A DNA stretch of 64,000 nucleotides from the human T2T-CHM13v2.0 reference genome, Homo sapiens. This document shows, piece after piece, positions 29,401 to 42,799 of the stretch (position 1 is its first letter; each line of letters begins with the position of its first letter). Both the position numbers and the translations under genes were made by a program. Location of the stretch: assembly GCF_009914755.1 (NCBI RefSeq), contig NC_060945.1. One strand, written 5' to 3'. The notes beneath the pieces were generated by a model. It worked only from the letters and a program-made list of their open reading frames with translations, did not search any database and was not told where the DNA came from.

Positions 29401-29786
29401 ATTACTTAATCATTTTCTTGTAATCTCAAGGAGGCTCACAGATAATGCCAAAGTCCACAGATGATAGTTTGAGAGCCACTGCTTAGACATCAGTTAAGAT
29501 TTTTAATGAAGATTTACTTCAGTTAAGATGTTTTCCGAGTGGTGAACTTTCTTGCCCCTGGTTTATGTGAAAATATCTCTGCTTGCTTTCATCCTTTAAT
29601 GATGCTTTCACTGTATTATTCCCAATTCTAGATTTAGACATGTTTTTTGGACCTTTGTACATTTTATTCCACATACTTTTGAACTCTATTGATGTTTTTT
29701 CAGAAGTAAAATGTCAGTTGACTCATTTTTTTCTTGTAGAAAGCTGTCTTTTTTTCTCTGAATGTTTCAAGAATTATTTCTGTATC

Positions 29787-29925
29787 TGTACTTATTTTCT
29801 CTTGCTGCCGTACAAACTACTGCAAACTTAGTGGCTTAAAACAACACAAATGTATTAACTTCCAGTTGTACATAAATCCCCAAAGCCTGTCGTTGGGCCA
29901 AAATCAAGGTCAACAGGATGACTTT
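29787..29925 (-). mobile_element. MLT1 (B/C-like) LTR fragment
   Basis: gctgccgtacaaactactgcaaacttagtggcttaaaacaacacaaatgtatt...gggccaaaatcaaggt. Confidence 0.8.
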
Positions 29926-30964
29926 TTCTATTAAACCAAATGAAGTTTACTTGTTAATTACAGTCTTAGAAATGAGTGTTTTCATTTATCTATTTGCATT
30001 TTAAAAATATATAAGAATATATTTATATGTAACAATTTCATACAAACATAATAATGATCTATCATTTTCTGTTTCGTTTAACTCCTTAGGAAGTGGCATC
30101 AGGGTTATATTAGTTTCATTCTCTGCTTTAAACAGCTTTTGTGGTTTTGTAGTTACTTATTTTTGAAAGATGAAACAAACCTAGCTTTAAAATTGAGAGT
30201 TCTAAAATCTTTGCCACTAGAGACTTCAAATCTCTTCAGGCTTAAGTTGGAAATAAAATTCAAATAGCAATCAAACAAAAACAAATTACTATTTTCAAAT
30301 AAAATAAATGATATTTAGTAAAAGCAATTCAAATATAACAAATAAATTTTATCACAGCTTTTTTTTTTTCAATTTTAGCCTGTAAATCAAGGCTTTTGAC
30401 TAATTGGTTGATATAGAGACTAGAGCTAGGGACTACAAGTCACCGTTTGTAAGTCTCTGAGGTTGACATAATAGAATATGTTTAGCAGGGAATTATCTTA
30501 ACAGTAAAAGCAGTGAATTTATTCAGTTACATTTCTTTCCAGATTAGATAACAAAATCTGAAAACTAGGGTATAACTACTTGACCTAATTCAAATAATGA
30601 GTTGGTACCCAAGTATAGATTGGGGTGTTCATTAATATTTCATATTGTCTTTCTAGCAATTCTTCAGATAAGCTTAATATCTCACAGCTATTTTAAGTAA
30701 AAATAAATAATTATGCTTTATTTATTAAATAAATGTGAGGTATTAATGCTTAGGTGATTTAATAGTGACTTTTAGAAATTTTGTTCTTTTAATATATGCT
30801 GAAGTTATTTAAAATTCACTTTTTGAGTTATTAACTCATAAGACTGATTTGACTTAAAACTATAAGCTAATTTGACTTATTTTATCAGATATGACTTATT
30901 ACATGTCTTAAAATATATCTTGATTTCATTATATAATATTTTTAATATGTGTGTATGTGTGAAA

Positions 30965-31120
30965 GCAGTGGCATTTTGTGAGGGTTGAAGATAGTCTTTT
31001 CTTGGATCAAGCTGAAACAATTTTAATTTCTGCATTTCTTACTTGTTAAATTGATTTGTCTTTGGGCAGGTTAGTTAATCTATACATGCTTCACATTTTT
31101 TTTTTTCTGTAAGACTAAAA
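30965..31120 (+). mobile_element. MIR fragment
   Basis: gtctttgggcaggttagttaatct...ctgtaa core. Confidence 0.6.
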
Positions 31121-31258
31121 AAGTGTTTGATCCTTTATGCTGACACAAACATTCTACTATATAAAAAAAGAACACTTCTTCTGATAAGTTTCAAGGCTCT
31201 GTAGATATAATAATTATATTGAATTATGCTCAATATTTCCATTTTGCCCTTAATTTGG

Positions 31259-33543
31259 TGTGTTATTCTGTTTTCATGATGCTGATAAAAACATACCCGA
31301 GACTGGGAAGAAAAAGAGGTTTAATTAACTTGCAGTTCTACATGCATGGGGAGGCCTCAAAATCATGGAGGAAGGCAAAGAGGAGCAAGTCACGCCTTAC
31401 ACGGATGGAAGCAAGCAAAGAGAGAGCTTGTGCAGGGTAACTACTATTTTTAAAACCATCAGATCCTTTAAGACTCATTCACTATCATGAGAACAGTTCA
31501 GAAAAGACCTGCCACCGTAATTCAATCACCTCCCACTGAGTTCCTCCCACAACATATGGGAATTGTGGGAGTTTCAATTCAAGATGAGATTTGGGTGCGG
31601 ACACAGCCAATCATATCAGTCCACTCCTGGCCCCTCCCAAATCTCACGTCCTCACATTTCAAAACCAATCATACCTTCCTGACAGTCCCCCAAAGTCTTA
31701 ATTAATTTCAGCATTAACTCAAAAGTCCACAGTCCAATATCTCATCTGAGACAAGGCAAGTTTCTTTTGCCTATGAGCATGTAAAATCAAAAGTTACTTC
31801 CTAGATACAATGGAGATGCAAGCATTGGGTAAATACAGCCATTCCAAATGGGAGAAATTGCCCAAAACAAAGGGGCTACAGGCCCCATGCAAGTTTGAAA
31901 TCCAGCAGGGCAATCAAATCTTAAAGCTCCAAAATGATCTCCTTTGACTCCATGTCTCACATCCAAGTCATGCTGAGGCAAGAGGTGGGTTTCCATGGTC
32001 CTGGGCAGCTCTGCCCTTGTGGCTTTGCAGGGTAAAGTCTTCCTCCTGGCTGCTCTCATGGATGGCATTGACTGTCTGCCGCTATTCCAGGTGCATGTTG
32101 CAAGCTGCCAGTGGATCTACAATTCTGGGGTCTGGAATACCGTGGCCCTCCTCTCACAGCTCCACTAGGTGGTGCCCCAGTAGGCTGTCTTTGTGGGGGC
32201 TTCGACTCCCCATTTCCCTTCTACACTGCCTAGCAGAGGTTCTCCATGAGAGCCCTGTCCCTGCAGCAAAAATCTACCTTGATATCTAGGGGTTTCCATA
32301 CATCCTCCAAAATCTAGGTGGGGGTTCACAAACCTCAATTCTTGACCTCTGTGCACTCGCAGTCTCAACATCACATGGAATCTGCCAAGGGTTGAAGCTT
32401 ACACCCTCTAAAGCCACAGCCCAAACTCTACATTGGCTACCTTCTGCCATGGCTGGAGTGGCTGGGATGAAGGGCACCAAGTCCCTAGGCTGCACAAAGC
32501 ACAGTGACCTTGGGTCAAGCCCATGAAACCACTTTTTCCTCCTAGACCTGTGGGCCTGTGATGAGAGGGGATGCCATGAAGATGTCTGACATGCCCTAGA
32601 GACTTTTTCGCCATTGTCTTGGGGATTAACATTTGGCTCCTTGTTACTCATCCAAATTTCTGCAGCCGGCTTGAATTTCTCCTCAGAAAATGGGATTTTC
32701 TTTTCTATTGCATTGTCAGGCTGTAAATTTTCTGAACTTTTATGCTCTGCTTCCCTTATAAAACTGAATACCTTTAACAGCACCCAAGTCACATCCTGAA
32801 TGCTTTGCTGCTTAGAAATTTCTTATACCATAGACCCTAAATCATCTCTCTCAAGTTCAAAGTTCCACAAATCTCTAGGGCAGGGGCAAAATGCTGTCAG
32901 TCTCTCAGCTAAAATATAACAAGAGCCACCTTTGCTCCAGTTCCAAACAAGTTCCTCATTTCCATCTGAGACCACCTCAGCCTGGACTTTATTGTCCATA
33001 TTGCCATTAGCATTTTGGGCAAAGCCATTCAACAAGTCTCTAGAAAGTCCCAAACTTTCCCACATTTTCCTGTCTTATTCTGAGCCCTCTTATTCAACCC
33101 TTGCCTGTTACCCAGTTCCAAAGTCGCTTCCACATTTTCATGTATCTATAGCAGCACCACACTCTATATGTACTACTTTATTGTATTAGTCCTTTTTCAT
33201 GCTGCTAATAAAGACATACCTGAGACTGGAAAGGAAAAAGAGGTTTAATGGACTTACAGTTCCACATGGCTGGGGAGGCCCCACAATCATGGTGGAAGGC
33301 AACAAGGAGCAAGTCACATCTTATATGTATGGCGGCAGCCAAAGAGAAAGCTTGTGCAGAGAAACTCCCATTTTCAAAACCATGAGATCTCAGGAGACTC
33401 ATTTACTATCACAAGAACAGTGCAGGAAAGACCTGCCCCCATAATTCAATCATCTCCCACCGGGTTCCTCCCATGGCACATGGAAATTGTGGGAGTTACA
33501 ATTCAAGATAAGATTTGGGTGGGGACACAGCCAAACTATATCA
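31259..33543 (-). mobile_element. Complete THE1C MaLR provirus: 3' LTR 31259-31618, internal 31619-33181, 5' LTR 33182-33543
   Basis: Two direct LTRs (tgtattagtc...ccaaactatatca); gagcaagtcacatcttatatg...ggcagc THE1C motif; typical THE1-int; perfect 5-bp TSD tttgg at 31254-31258 and 33544-33548. Confidence 0.96.
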
Positions 33544-33813
33544 TTTGGATAAATTTAAGTGAAGATCTTTCTCTTTCCTATTTTATGCCTGAACTTTTTA
33601 TACTTAGAGATTTTGCCATATGGAGACAGCAATGAATAAAACAAAAACTGGGCTTCAACTTAATATTTGGGCTATTGGTATAATGATACTATATCTCCAG
33701 TTCATTCCATTCTGGTTTGAATGAAGAAATTGATTTAAAAAGGCAGACACTTTGTTTCAGTATGCCTTGATTGTTGAAATATTATCAACATGAAGGCAAA
33801 CAGGAATAGGATT

Positions 33814-34405
33814 TGAAATGGTTTGGATTTGTATCCTCGCCCAAATGTCATGTCAAATTGTAATTCCAAATATTGGTGGTGGGGCCTGTTGGGAGGTGAT
33901 TGGATTATGGAAGCATATTTCCCCTTTTGGTGCTGTTCTCATGATAGAGTTCTCAAAAGATCTGGTTGAAAGTGTGTGGTACCTCCCCCAGACCTCTCTT
34001 CCTCCTGCTCTGGTCATGTGAAGATGTGCCTTCTTCCCTTTCACTTTTCACTGTGATTGTAAGTTTCTTGAGACCTCTACAGCCATCCTTCCTGTGCAGC
34101 CTGTGGAACTGTGAGCCAATTAAACCTATTTTCTTTATAAATTACCCAGTCTCAGGTATTTCTTTATAGCAATGTAAGAATGAACTAATACAGAAAATTG
34201 ATACATAAGAGTTCGGCATTGTTATGAAGACACCTGAAAATGTGGAAGTGACTTAGGAACTAGGTAACAGGCAGAGGTTGGAAGAGTGTAGAGGGGTCAG
34301 AAAAAGACAGAAAGATGGGGGAAAGTTTGGAACTTCCTAGAGACTTGTTAAATTGTTGTGACCAAAATGCTGGTAGTGATATGGGCAATGAAGTCCAGGC
34401 TGAGG
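33814..34405 (+). mobile_element. MSTA 5' LTR (33814-34192) plus the start of MST internal sequence, abruptly truncated
   Basis: tgaaatggtttggatttgt...gaactaataca, then gaaaattg...cctgaaaatgtggaagtgact...gaagtccaggctgagg. Confidence 0.93.
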
Positions 34406-34606
34406 ACTAAAAAATAAAAAAAAAATTAGCCGGGCGTGGTGGCGGGTGCCTCTAGTCCCAGCTACTCAGGAGGCTGAGGCAGGAGAATGGCATGAACCCG
34501 GGAGATGGAGCTTGCAGTGAGCGGAGATTGCACTACTGCGCTACTGCCCTCCAGCCTGGGTGACAGAGCGAGACTCCATCTCAAAAATAAATAAATAAAT
34601 AAATAA
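34406..34606 (+). mobile_element. AluY linker and right arm only, (TAAA)n tail, no TSD
   Basis: actaaaaaataaaaaaaaaattagccgggcgtggtggcggg...gagaatggcatgaacccgggag...gagcttgcag. Confidence 0.92.
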
Positions 34607-35353
34607 TGCCCACATTTCTCTGAGGCTCTGTTGTTTTTTTTTTTTTTTTCATTGTTTTTTCACTGTTTTTCAGAGTGTATAACCTCAATTAATCCATAAA
34701 TCTACTGATTCTTTGGCCAGCTCAAATCTTCTGCTGAGCCCTTCTGGTAAATTTTTCAGTTGGTTCTTAGGATTTTCAACTCCAGAGTTTTCACTTGGTT
34801 CTTCTTAATAATTTCTTTATTTCCATTGCTATTTTCTATTTTTTTTTTTGGTCTTTTTTATTTCCTTAATTATTTTCTTTTAAATCATTAAATATAGTTT
34901 TTTTAAAAAGTCAAATAGTTAATGTTGTATTTAGTATTATTTCCTTGATATTCATAAGCAAAACTGTTCTGTGTTTTTAAAAGTTTTTTATTTCCATAGG
35001 TTTTTGAAGGATAGTTGGTGTTTGGTTACATGAGTAAGTTCCTTAGTGATGACTCGTGAGATTTTGGTGAACCTATCACCTGAGCAGTATACACTGAACC
35101 CAATTTGTATTCTTTAATTTTTCATGCCCTCCCATCATTTACCCTGGGTCCCAAAGCTCCATTGTATCATTCTTGTGCCTTTGAATCCTCATAACTTATG
35201 AGTGAGAACATACCATATTTGCTTTTTCATTCCTGAGTTACTTCACTTAGAATAATAGTCTCAAATTCCATCCAGGTTGCTGTGAATGCCATTATTTCAT
35301 TCCTTTTTATGGCTGAGTAGTATTCCATTATATTTATATGTGTGGTGTGTGTG

Positions 35354-35399
<46 letters not shown>

Positions 35400-37100
35400 C
35401 GTATTACATTTTCTTTATCTGCTCATTGATTGATTGGTATTTGGGCTGGTTACACAGTTTTGGATTTGTAAATTGTGCTGCTATAAACATGTATGTGTAA
35501 GTATCCTTTTCATATAATGACCTCTTCTGTGGGTAGATACTTAGTAGTGGGACTGCTGGATCATATAGTAGTTCTACTTTTCGTTCTTTAAGGAATCTCC
35601 ATACTGTTTTCCATAGTGGTTCTACTTGTTTACATTCCCACCAGCAGTATAGAGTGTTCCCTTTTCACTGCATCCACACCAACATCTATTTTTTTTTAAA
35701 TTTTTTGATTATGGCCATTCTTGCAGTAGTAAGGTGGTTTCATATTGTGGTTTCGATTTGCATTTCCCTGATCATGAGTGATGTTGAACATTTTTCCTTA
35801 TGTTGGTTGGCCATTTGTATATCTTCTTTTGAGAATTGTATATTCATGCCCTTAGCCCACTTTTTGATGAGATTGTTTGTTTTTTTCTTGTTAATTTGTT
35901 TGAGCTCCTTGTAGATTCTGAATATTAGTCCTTTGTTGGATGTATAGAGTGTGATTTTCTCCATCTGTGAGTTGTCTGTTTACTTTGCTGACTTCTTTTT
36001 GCTGTGCAGAAACTCTTTAGTTTAATTAAGTCCCACTTATTTATCTTTGTTTTTCTTACATTTGCTTTTGGGTTCTTAGTCATGAATTCTTTGCCTGATT
36101 CAATGTCTAGAAAGTTTTCGCTGATGTTATCTTCTAAATTTTTATAGTTTCAGATCTTAGGTTTTAGTTCTTGATTCGTATTTGTCATAGCTATATTAGT
36201 AGCTATAATAGCTACTTTTCCTATACTTCTCCTATTAATTCCAACATTTCAACCCATATAGATATTTTCTCTTGCTGTTTTTTTTTTCCTTGTGTATGGG
36301 TCACTGTTTACTGTTTCTTTTTATGTCTTATGTATTTTTGTTGTCAACTGGATGTTTTAAATAGTATAGTGTAACAGTTGTGAATCCTAAGCACTCCCCT
36401 TCTTAATATTCAAGGGCTTATGATTAGCATTGTTTGCTCGGGTGCTTGTTTAATTGTCAATCTTCACACAGTTTTCAGCCCCAGATTTCTGCTCCTTAGA
36501 GGGACACAGCCTTTCTAACCACCAGGACAACCATATTTTAGCTGTGTTCTTTCGAATTGTCTTCTTATGTCTCCTTACTATATTTGCTTAGGCAGGCTTT
36601 CTATTATATCAGCTGTTAATTTTCACTTATTATTATCTGGTTGGCCTATTGCTTTTCAGTAGCACCCTGGTGTATAAATTGTGCTAAAGTCTTATTCAAT
36701 GAGGTAAGTTTATTGGCGGAAGCCAGAAGTTCACCAGTATTTGTGGTTTGCTGGGCCTTTCACTTGACAAAAAACCTGAACCATGAAGCAGGAGCTAGGG
36801 GAAGAAGAGGAGCTAGTTTTTCATCAGCAGCCCTAACAATTTCTTTTCTATGGTTATATCTGTGTGTGTTCTGAGAGAATGGAGTGGGAACAGGTTTTGA
36901 GTTATGGCTGCTGCCACTGTCCTATATAAATATTGTGTAGCCCAGAGCCAAGGATGACAAAATCATGTGGCAATGTACACTGCCTGGCCAATTTACCTGG
37001 AATAAATCTTAGTCTCTAGGAGCCTGAGGTTGATCTGAGTTGCTATTTATCTGCCAAACCCTCCAGGGCAGCTCTTCTTCAAAATAGACCTATATGGGAA
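34607..37100 (-). mobile_element. Old L1M4/ME ORF1 and 5' region, interrupted by L1PB; right boundary uncertain
   Basis: cccacatttctctgaggctctgtt; ctcaaatcttctgctgagcccttctggtaaattttt; ttttcaactccagag; tgtgtatgggtcactg. Confidence 0.6.
34980..36177 (-). mobile_element. L1PB1-like 3' portion (ORF2 end and 3' UTR) with internal (TG)n
   Basis: tttccataggtttt...ggtgtttggttacatgagtaagtt; ORF 35740-35964 ([25 protein letters not shown]) is the ORF2 C-terminus. Confidence 0.93.
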
Positions 37101-40100
37101 AGGGGGACAGTCTCTTCACCAATTGGTTCTTCACTGTGTAGTGGGAGTTGGGAGCAGGTGGGAGACAGGTGTCACATGATTAACACAAGCCACTCAATAA
37201 AAACCTTTCACAAATTAGATCTGTAAAAAGCATTCTTGTTAATGTTCACAAGCTGCTAAAAACACACAAAATAGCTTTTCCACCCCGAGATCTGTGGGAA
37301 ATTCAAACTTCTACTTGGCTGCTGAGTCCAACTGGGGAAGTAAGCCCTGTTGCTGGGTTTATCAGTGAATCTGGAGGGGAAAGGAAAATGGCAGCAATGG
37401 GATGGACAAATGGTTGTTATCTTGAATTCATGAAATCATGAGGATGATGATGATAATGATGATGATGACACTTAGTTTTAATATATAGCTGAGTGAAAAT
37501 GAACCTGAAAATAAAAACACAGACAAAGCACTAAGTTAAAAAGAATAGATCCTCACCTTTTGCAAATGTAAATTCTCAGTTTCATTTACAAATAGCACAT
37601 TGTACAAGTTAATTTGTAATTTTACCTTTAATAATAAAATCTATTTTATTCTGAGAAAAGTGACCATCAAGGGACAGGCAGTGAACATTTTTAAATGATT
37701 GTAGTTTAAGGCAATGCCTCTCAACCTAAATCAACTGCATCACCTGGGAATTTTTTGTTATGAAAGATTTTTCATATATACAAAATGTTCAACAAATTAT
37801 GGAAGAAACACTTATATAACAAATCACCAAGTTTCTACTTATTGACCCATTGCCAGTTTTGTTTCATGTGTTTTCTTCAAACCACATTAATGGGCCATTT
37901 AAAAATAATTCCCAGACATGCATCATGTCAAATAACATTTCAAAAAACTGAGAGCACTTACAAAGTACAATTTGCACAATTGAAACAATTTTATGGTGCC
38001 TTATAAGAAGGGTTGGCCAATGAATAGAATTCACTCTGTAAACATGCTGCATTTCTCTCCATGAATGGAAGGTACAGTCATGGTCCATTTCATTCATAGC
38101 TCCATCTTGATCAGAGAAGTTCCCTCACAATCTGCTTTAGACATTCAGCCCCTGGGGAGGATAGACATTAGCTCAGATGGAAAACGCCATTTGTAATTCA
38201 TTGCTCTCATTTCAGTATGATGTAAATTCTTCTCCTCAGCCTTGTAAACTGCTAAGTTTTTATCATATACAAGAATCCAATTTATCCTAACTATCTCTTA
38301 GTCTGACACAGCACACTGCTAAGTGTAGACAGTAGTCCATGCCTCCACAGGTGGGGATGACAATGAATCCCCACCCCCGCCCAGAAAAAACAAAAACAAA
38401 AACAAAAACAGTTGAGTGTTTGGAAAAACCAGAGTATTAACTCTGAGTTTTTAGAGATGTACAAACTAAAGATTAGAGATTTCGTATACCAGTCAATCTA
38501 AGTTTACAATCTGTAAACTCCTGGACTCTCTCTCAATATGTTTGAATACAGTCCTCAAATGCTTTCCTTTATCTACACTGAAACATTTTCCTAAGCAAAT
38601 ATTTGGTGTCTTTAGAAAGCGGCAGCATGGACTGCATGCTGGCTGTTGGAGATATGGAACCCAGCAGAGTGCAGGGTGGAGGATGAGCAATAAACGAAAT
38701 CAACCCAAAATCACTTCAAGGATTTGGAACCAATGAAGGCTCAGACAAGAGCAGCATAGGAATTGGGCGTCTGACAAATTACAGTACAAAGATGTTAGAT
38801 GTAAAGAACTCTGGAGTCTCAATACGCACGGCATCAAGATGAAATGGGAGAAGGGAATAAAAGCAGCAGAAATATGCCATTTTGGCAAGGTATCTGGGTG
38901 GTGGGTTGTAGATAACTACCAATTAGTACAGCTATTTTGAGATGAACATTGCAAAGATAAGAAAGTGATAGCCTAGAGCTATGAAAAACATTACTGTCTA
39001 TAAACTCTGTCTCAGTTTCTAGTTTATAAACACTTTGAGCCTTACTTATTCCTTTATTCTGAGCTACATTCTGACTTCTGACTGTAGCCTACTGAGTTTA
39101 GGATATTGTCATAATAATTCCGTCATTAAAATCTTTTTGTGGAACTATCCATCTTAGCTTTTCACTTTGTTGCAGGTATTAGTTCCTGTTTAATTCATTC
39201 AGTGGACATAGTCTCACTCTACTATTAGCTACTTTGTTCTTGTCGCTTCTCCCATGCTGCTCTTTCTTCCAGTCACCATCCCTAATCACTCCCTACACAA
39301 AAGAAAGAAAGTTTTAGAGCAGCGATTATAATAAATAAATAATTTATAATAATAAATGCAAGAAAATTTTAATAAAGATAAAATATTCAGTTTGGTTTAT
39401 CATTCCATACATTATTTGGAAATACCCTTAGCAAGATTAGTATATCTGAAGTTTAGGCAAACTACATGAATATATGGTGACATTTACAACTGAAGAGGTA
39501 TATAGAGTACTATAGTAATTGCAGAATAAATAAAAAATCAGGGATACTTGCTTTTCTTATTTAAGAAAATGTAACCAGATATGTAAAAAATTCTTGATTT
39601 CACATATTCCATATACAATTATTGAAATTTGCATTTCTATAGCATCTGCTACAATAGAACTTAAACAACACATATCTCTGGAATATATAAGTTCAAATTG
39701 GAATACTCAAGCTATATTTTACCAATTTTTTTTTCAATCAACACAATGGCATCACCTAAGCCAGATAAAGAACAGTATTTTCACTGAGGGCCTGTTAGAT
39801 GAATATTTTAAAGTTATTTTCTACCTCTTTACAAAACAAAATGCATTTTCTTTTATTTAACTTACAGGGAACTTTATTTTCATGGATATTCTTCATTTCT
39901 TCTGAAACGCTTTATTGAACCAATATATATGAGTGATTTTGTGGCTTAGGGGAAAATACTTCTCATTCAAATTCATTTTATTTTGCTACAGCTCTCCAAG
40001 CAAGAGAAAAAAATAAAGAATCTTATGATACTTAAAAGTAGATATAGTTTCAATCCTAAAAGAGTAAAAATTTTAGAAACGTCTAGACTTTACTAAGCCT

Positions 40101-41789
40101 CATTATTAAAAGATTTCCAGAGTACCTGAGTGAGATCTAATCTGCTTTATTTACTCCAAAAGTACTATGCACACATAACTACAAAGAACAGTATAAAAAT
40201 GTTCAATTAATATTTCTTGAATGATTCAATTCACCTTCTCAGAAGTTTATGACATTTCTTAAAAATCCCTACATTGAACCACTAATTTGACTTCCTTGTA
40301 GCTAAAACATACATTTCATTTTCGTATACTTTTATTTAAAAAATGTTTATTGGAAAGCCTTGCAATGTCACCTGATGTTTAATTTCATTGTGATGTGCTA
40401 TTTGTCTTTAAAAATAACACCTAATATTCATAAACCTGGCTAAATTTAAAATATCTTAATACTCAAATATTAATTTTTATATTTTCCAATATAATGAACT
40501 CACCCAATCCATTGTTCACAAACCATGATTGTGTACCTGTCTCTCTTTCTAAGGAAGACATATGATCAGGTTTACTGCTTCGGCCCTTTGAAAAGATTTT
40601 TCTTTTTTCACTAGCAGCTTTCTTTTAGGGCAGTGTTTGAGTGGGACTGTAGAATGGCAATTGTCCACTTTCTGGTAGTACCAGCATTTTATGTGTGGTA
40701 TGCAGAACTATCTGTAAATCAGGACTAAAGGTTTGCTTTATCAGTCATTCAGTCATAGAGTACTTTCCAAAAGGCTATAAATGTAGGGTGAGGAAGAGGA
40801 CTCAGTGTAATAAGAGTAAGAACCAATATAATCTAAGACTCTCAATCATAGAACTTACTTATGCCTTCAAGAATGACTCTTGTATGTACCACTACCATGT
40901 GGTGACCCAGTGTTACTGCCACTGTGCACATGACTTTGTAGAGTGATGGATCCGGATACACCCAGGACCTGATGGGGAGCTCAGGTCACATGGTAACTTG
41001 GTGGGGAATGGTTAAGCATGTAGCCTCTATATGATTCAGTAATAAGGTAGATGCTTTTTCTAAAAATGAGATACTTATCTTCAAACAATGGCATAGCTTT
41101 TCTCCCAAACATAAGCATTTGCACTGTATTTTATCATGACAGTTTGCCAAAGCCTCCATAGAGTATTGTTATTTGCTATAGATACCTCACCAACTATTTT
41201 ATCTTTTCCTAGAAACCCAGGGGCAGAGCAGCTTGTACAGCAGACCAGATATTTTACTTTCAGCAACACTCACAACTGGTAGCTTTGAGAATAATCAGTA
41301 AATGATATGGACTAGCATGCCCATATGAAGTGTATGTTGCCTCTCAAATTCAGAGGTCCAATTGTCATTGTGTTTCTTGTTATTGGGAGATACCAGATAG
41401 AGAAAATTTATTCTTTATCTTAGAAGGAATGTCTTGAACCATATTTCTGAACCTCTAGAAATGTTACTGAACTTGACAGTTTCTGGATTTTTTGTATGAT
41501 TTACTTTCTATCCTCCAGAATGCAGGTGTCTCAAAAGATCAGAGGAGCATGGTATCATTAATATGATAGGCCAGCATGATTTTCCAGGTAATGGAGAGAT
41601 GTTCAAAGTCCATGGAGAACAGATGGGGAAAGTGGGGAGGATAGTTGATCTATCCCTAAGTTTGGGCAAGTAAGGTGTGTTGCTCCTATTGAAAGCTGAA
41701 ACAAACTACTTCTTATGATTTTTATGAACATAGAGACAAAAGCATTCTCCAGATCAACAGCCACATACTAGGTGTTAAAAGTTGTATGA

Positions 41790-42090
41790 GGCCAGGTGCA
41801 GTGGCTCACTCCTGTAATTCCAGCACTTTGGGAGGCTGAGGTGGGCAGATTTCTTGACCCCAGGAGTTCAAGATCAGCCTGGGCAACATAGCAAGACTTT
41901 GTCTCTACAAAACATACAAAAAATTAGCCAGGCATTGTGGTGTGGGCCTGTAGTCCCAGTTACCTGGGAGGCTGAGATGAGAGGATCAACTGAGCCCCAA
42001 GGTCAAGGCTCTAGTGAGTTATGATTGCGCCACTGCACTCTACCCTGGATGACAGAGGGAGATCCTGTCTAAAAAACAAACAAACAAACA
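41790..42090 (+). mobile_element. AluJ
   Basis: gggcaacatagcaagac; gagaggatcaactgagccc; (CAAA)n tail; degenerate TSD aaagttgtatga/aaacttgcatga. Confidence 0.93.
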
Positions 42091-42285
42091 AACTTGCATG
42101 ATACGTATGCTTTAGTAAAGATACATTGGGACAGGCAAGTGTGATATAAATCACCAGTTAATTTAATTAATGACATTCTGTCTTTATTCTCCAAAATTAT
42201 TCTAGTGTCTGGACAGGCCAAGTAGGTGAGTTAAATGGACAAATGTGCATGAGATAGTAATAATTAGTCTTGCGTCTTCCAAGTC

Positions 42286-42585
42286 TTTTTTTTTTTTAAG
42301 ATGAAGTCTCACTCTGTCGTCCAGGCTGGTGAGCAGTGGCGCGGTCTCAGCTCACTGCAATCTCCACCCCCTGGGTTCAAGTGATTCTCCTGCCTCAGCC
42401 TCCCTAGTAGCTGGGATAACAGGCACACACCACCATGCCCAGCTAATTTTTGTATTTTTAGTAGAGATGGGGTTTTGCCATGTTGGCCAGACTGGTCTCA
42501 AACTCCTGACCTCAGGTGATCCTCCCACCTCAGCCTCAGCCTCCCAAAGTGCTGGGATTACAGGTATGAGCCACTGCGCCCAGCC
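42286..42585 (-). mobile_element. AluSx/Sz
   Basis: ctcctgacctcaggtgatcc; degenerate TSD containing caagtc. Confidence 0.95.
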
Positions 42586-42749
42586 ATCCTTCAAGTCCTG
42601 ATGGACACCAACATTTGCAATCCATCCAAGCATAAGCTATTGTTTTTGGCTTAATATTTTAGTAGGCAGGAGTACTTCCGGGGACATCCACTTTACTTTT
42701 CTTAATATAAATGTCCTATCTGCAAAGATGAGGTGATAAAAGTTTTCTG

Positions 42750-42751
<2 letters not shown>

Positions 42752-42797
<46 letters not shown>
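42752..42797 (+). repeat. Perfect (GT)23 microsatellite
   Basis: Read directly. Confidence 0.97.

Positions 42798-42799
<2 letters not shown>

Noticed and set aside
32286-32792. Longest ORF (168 aa) and neighbouring ORFs
   Set aside because: They lie in THE1 internal sequence and are fragmented remnants, not a host gene.
38640-39170. Possible old LTR
   Set aside because: Composition is suggestive, but I could not support termini, a TSD or a family motif.
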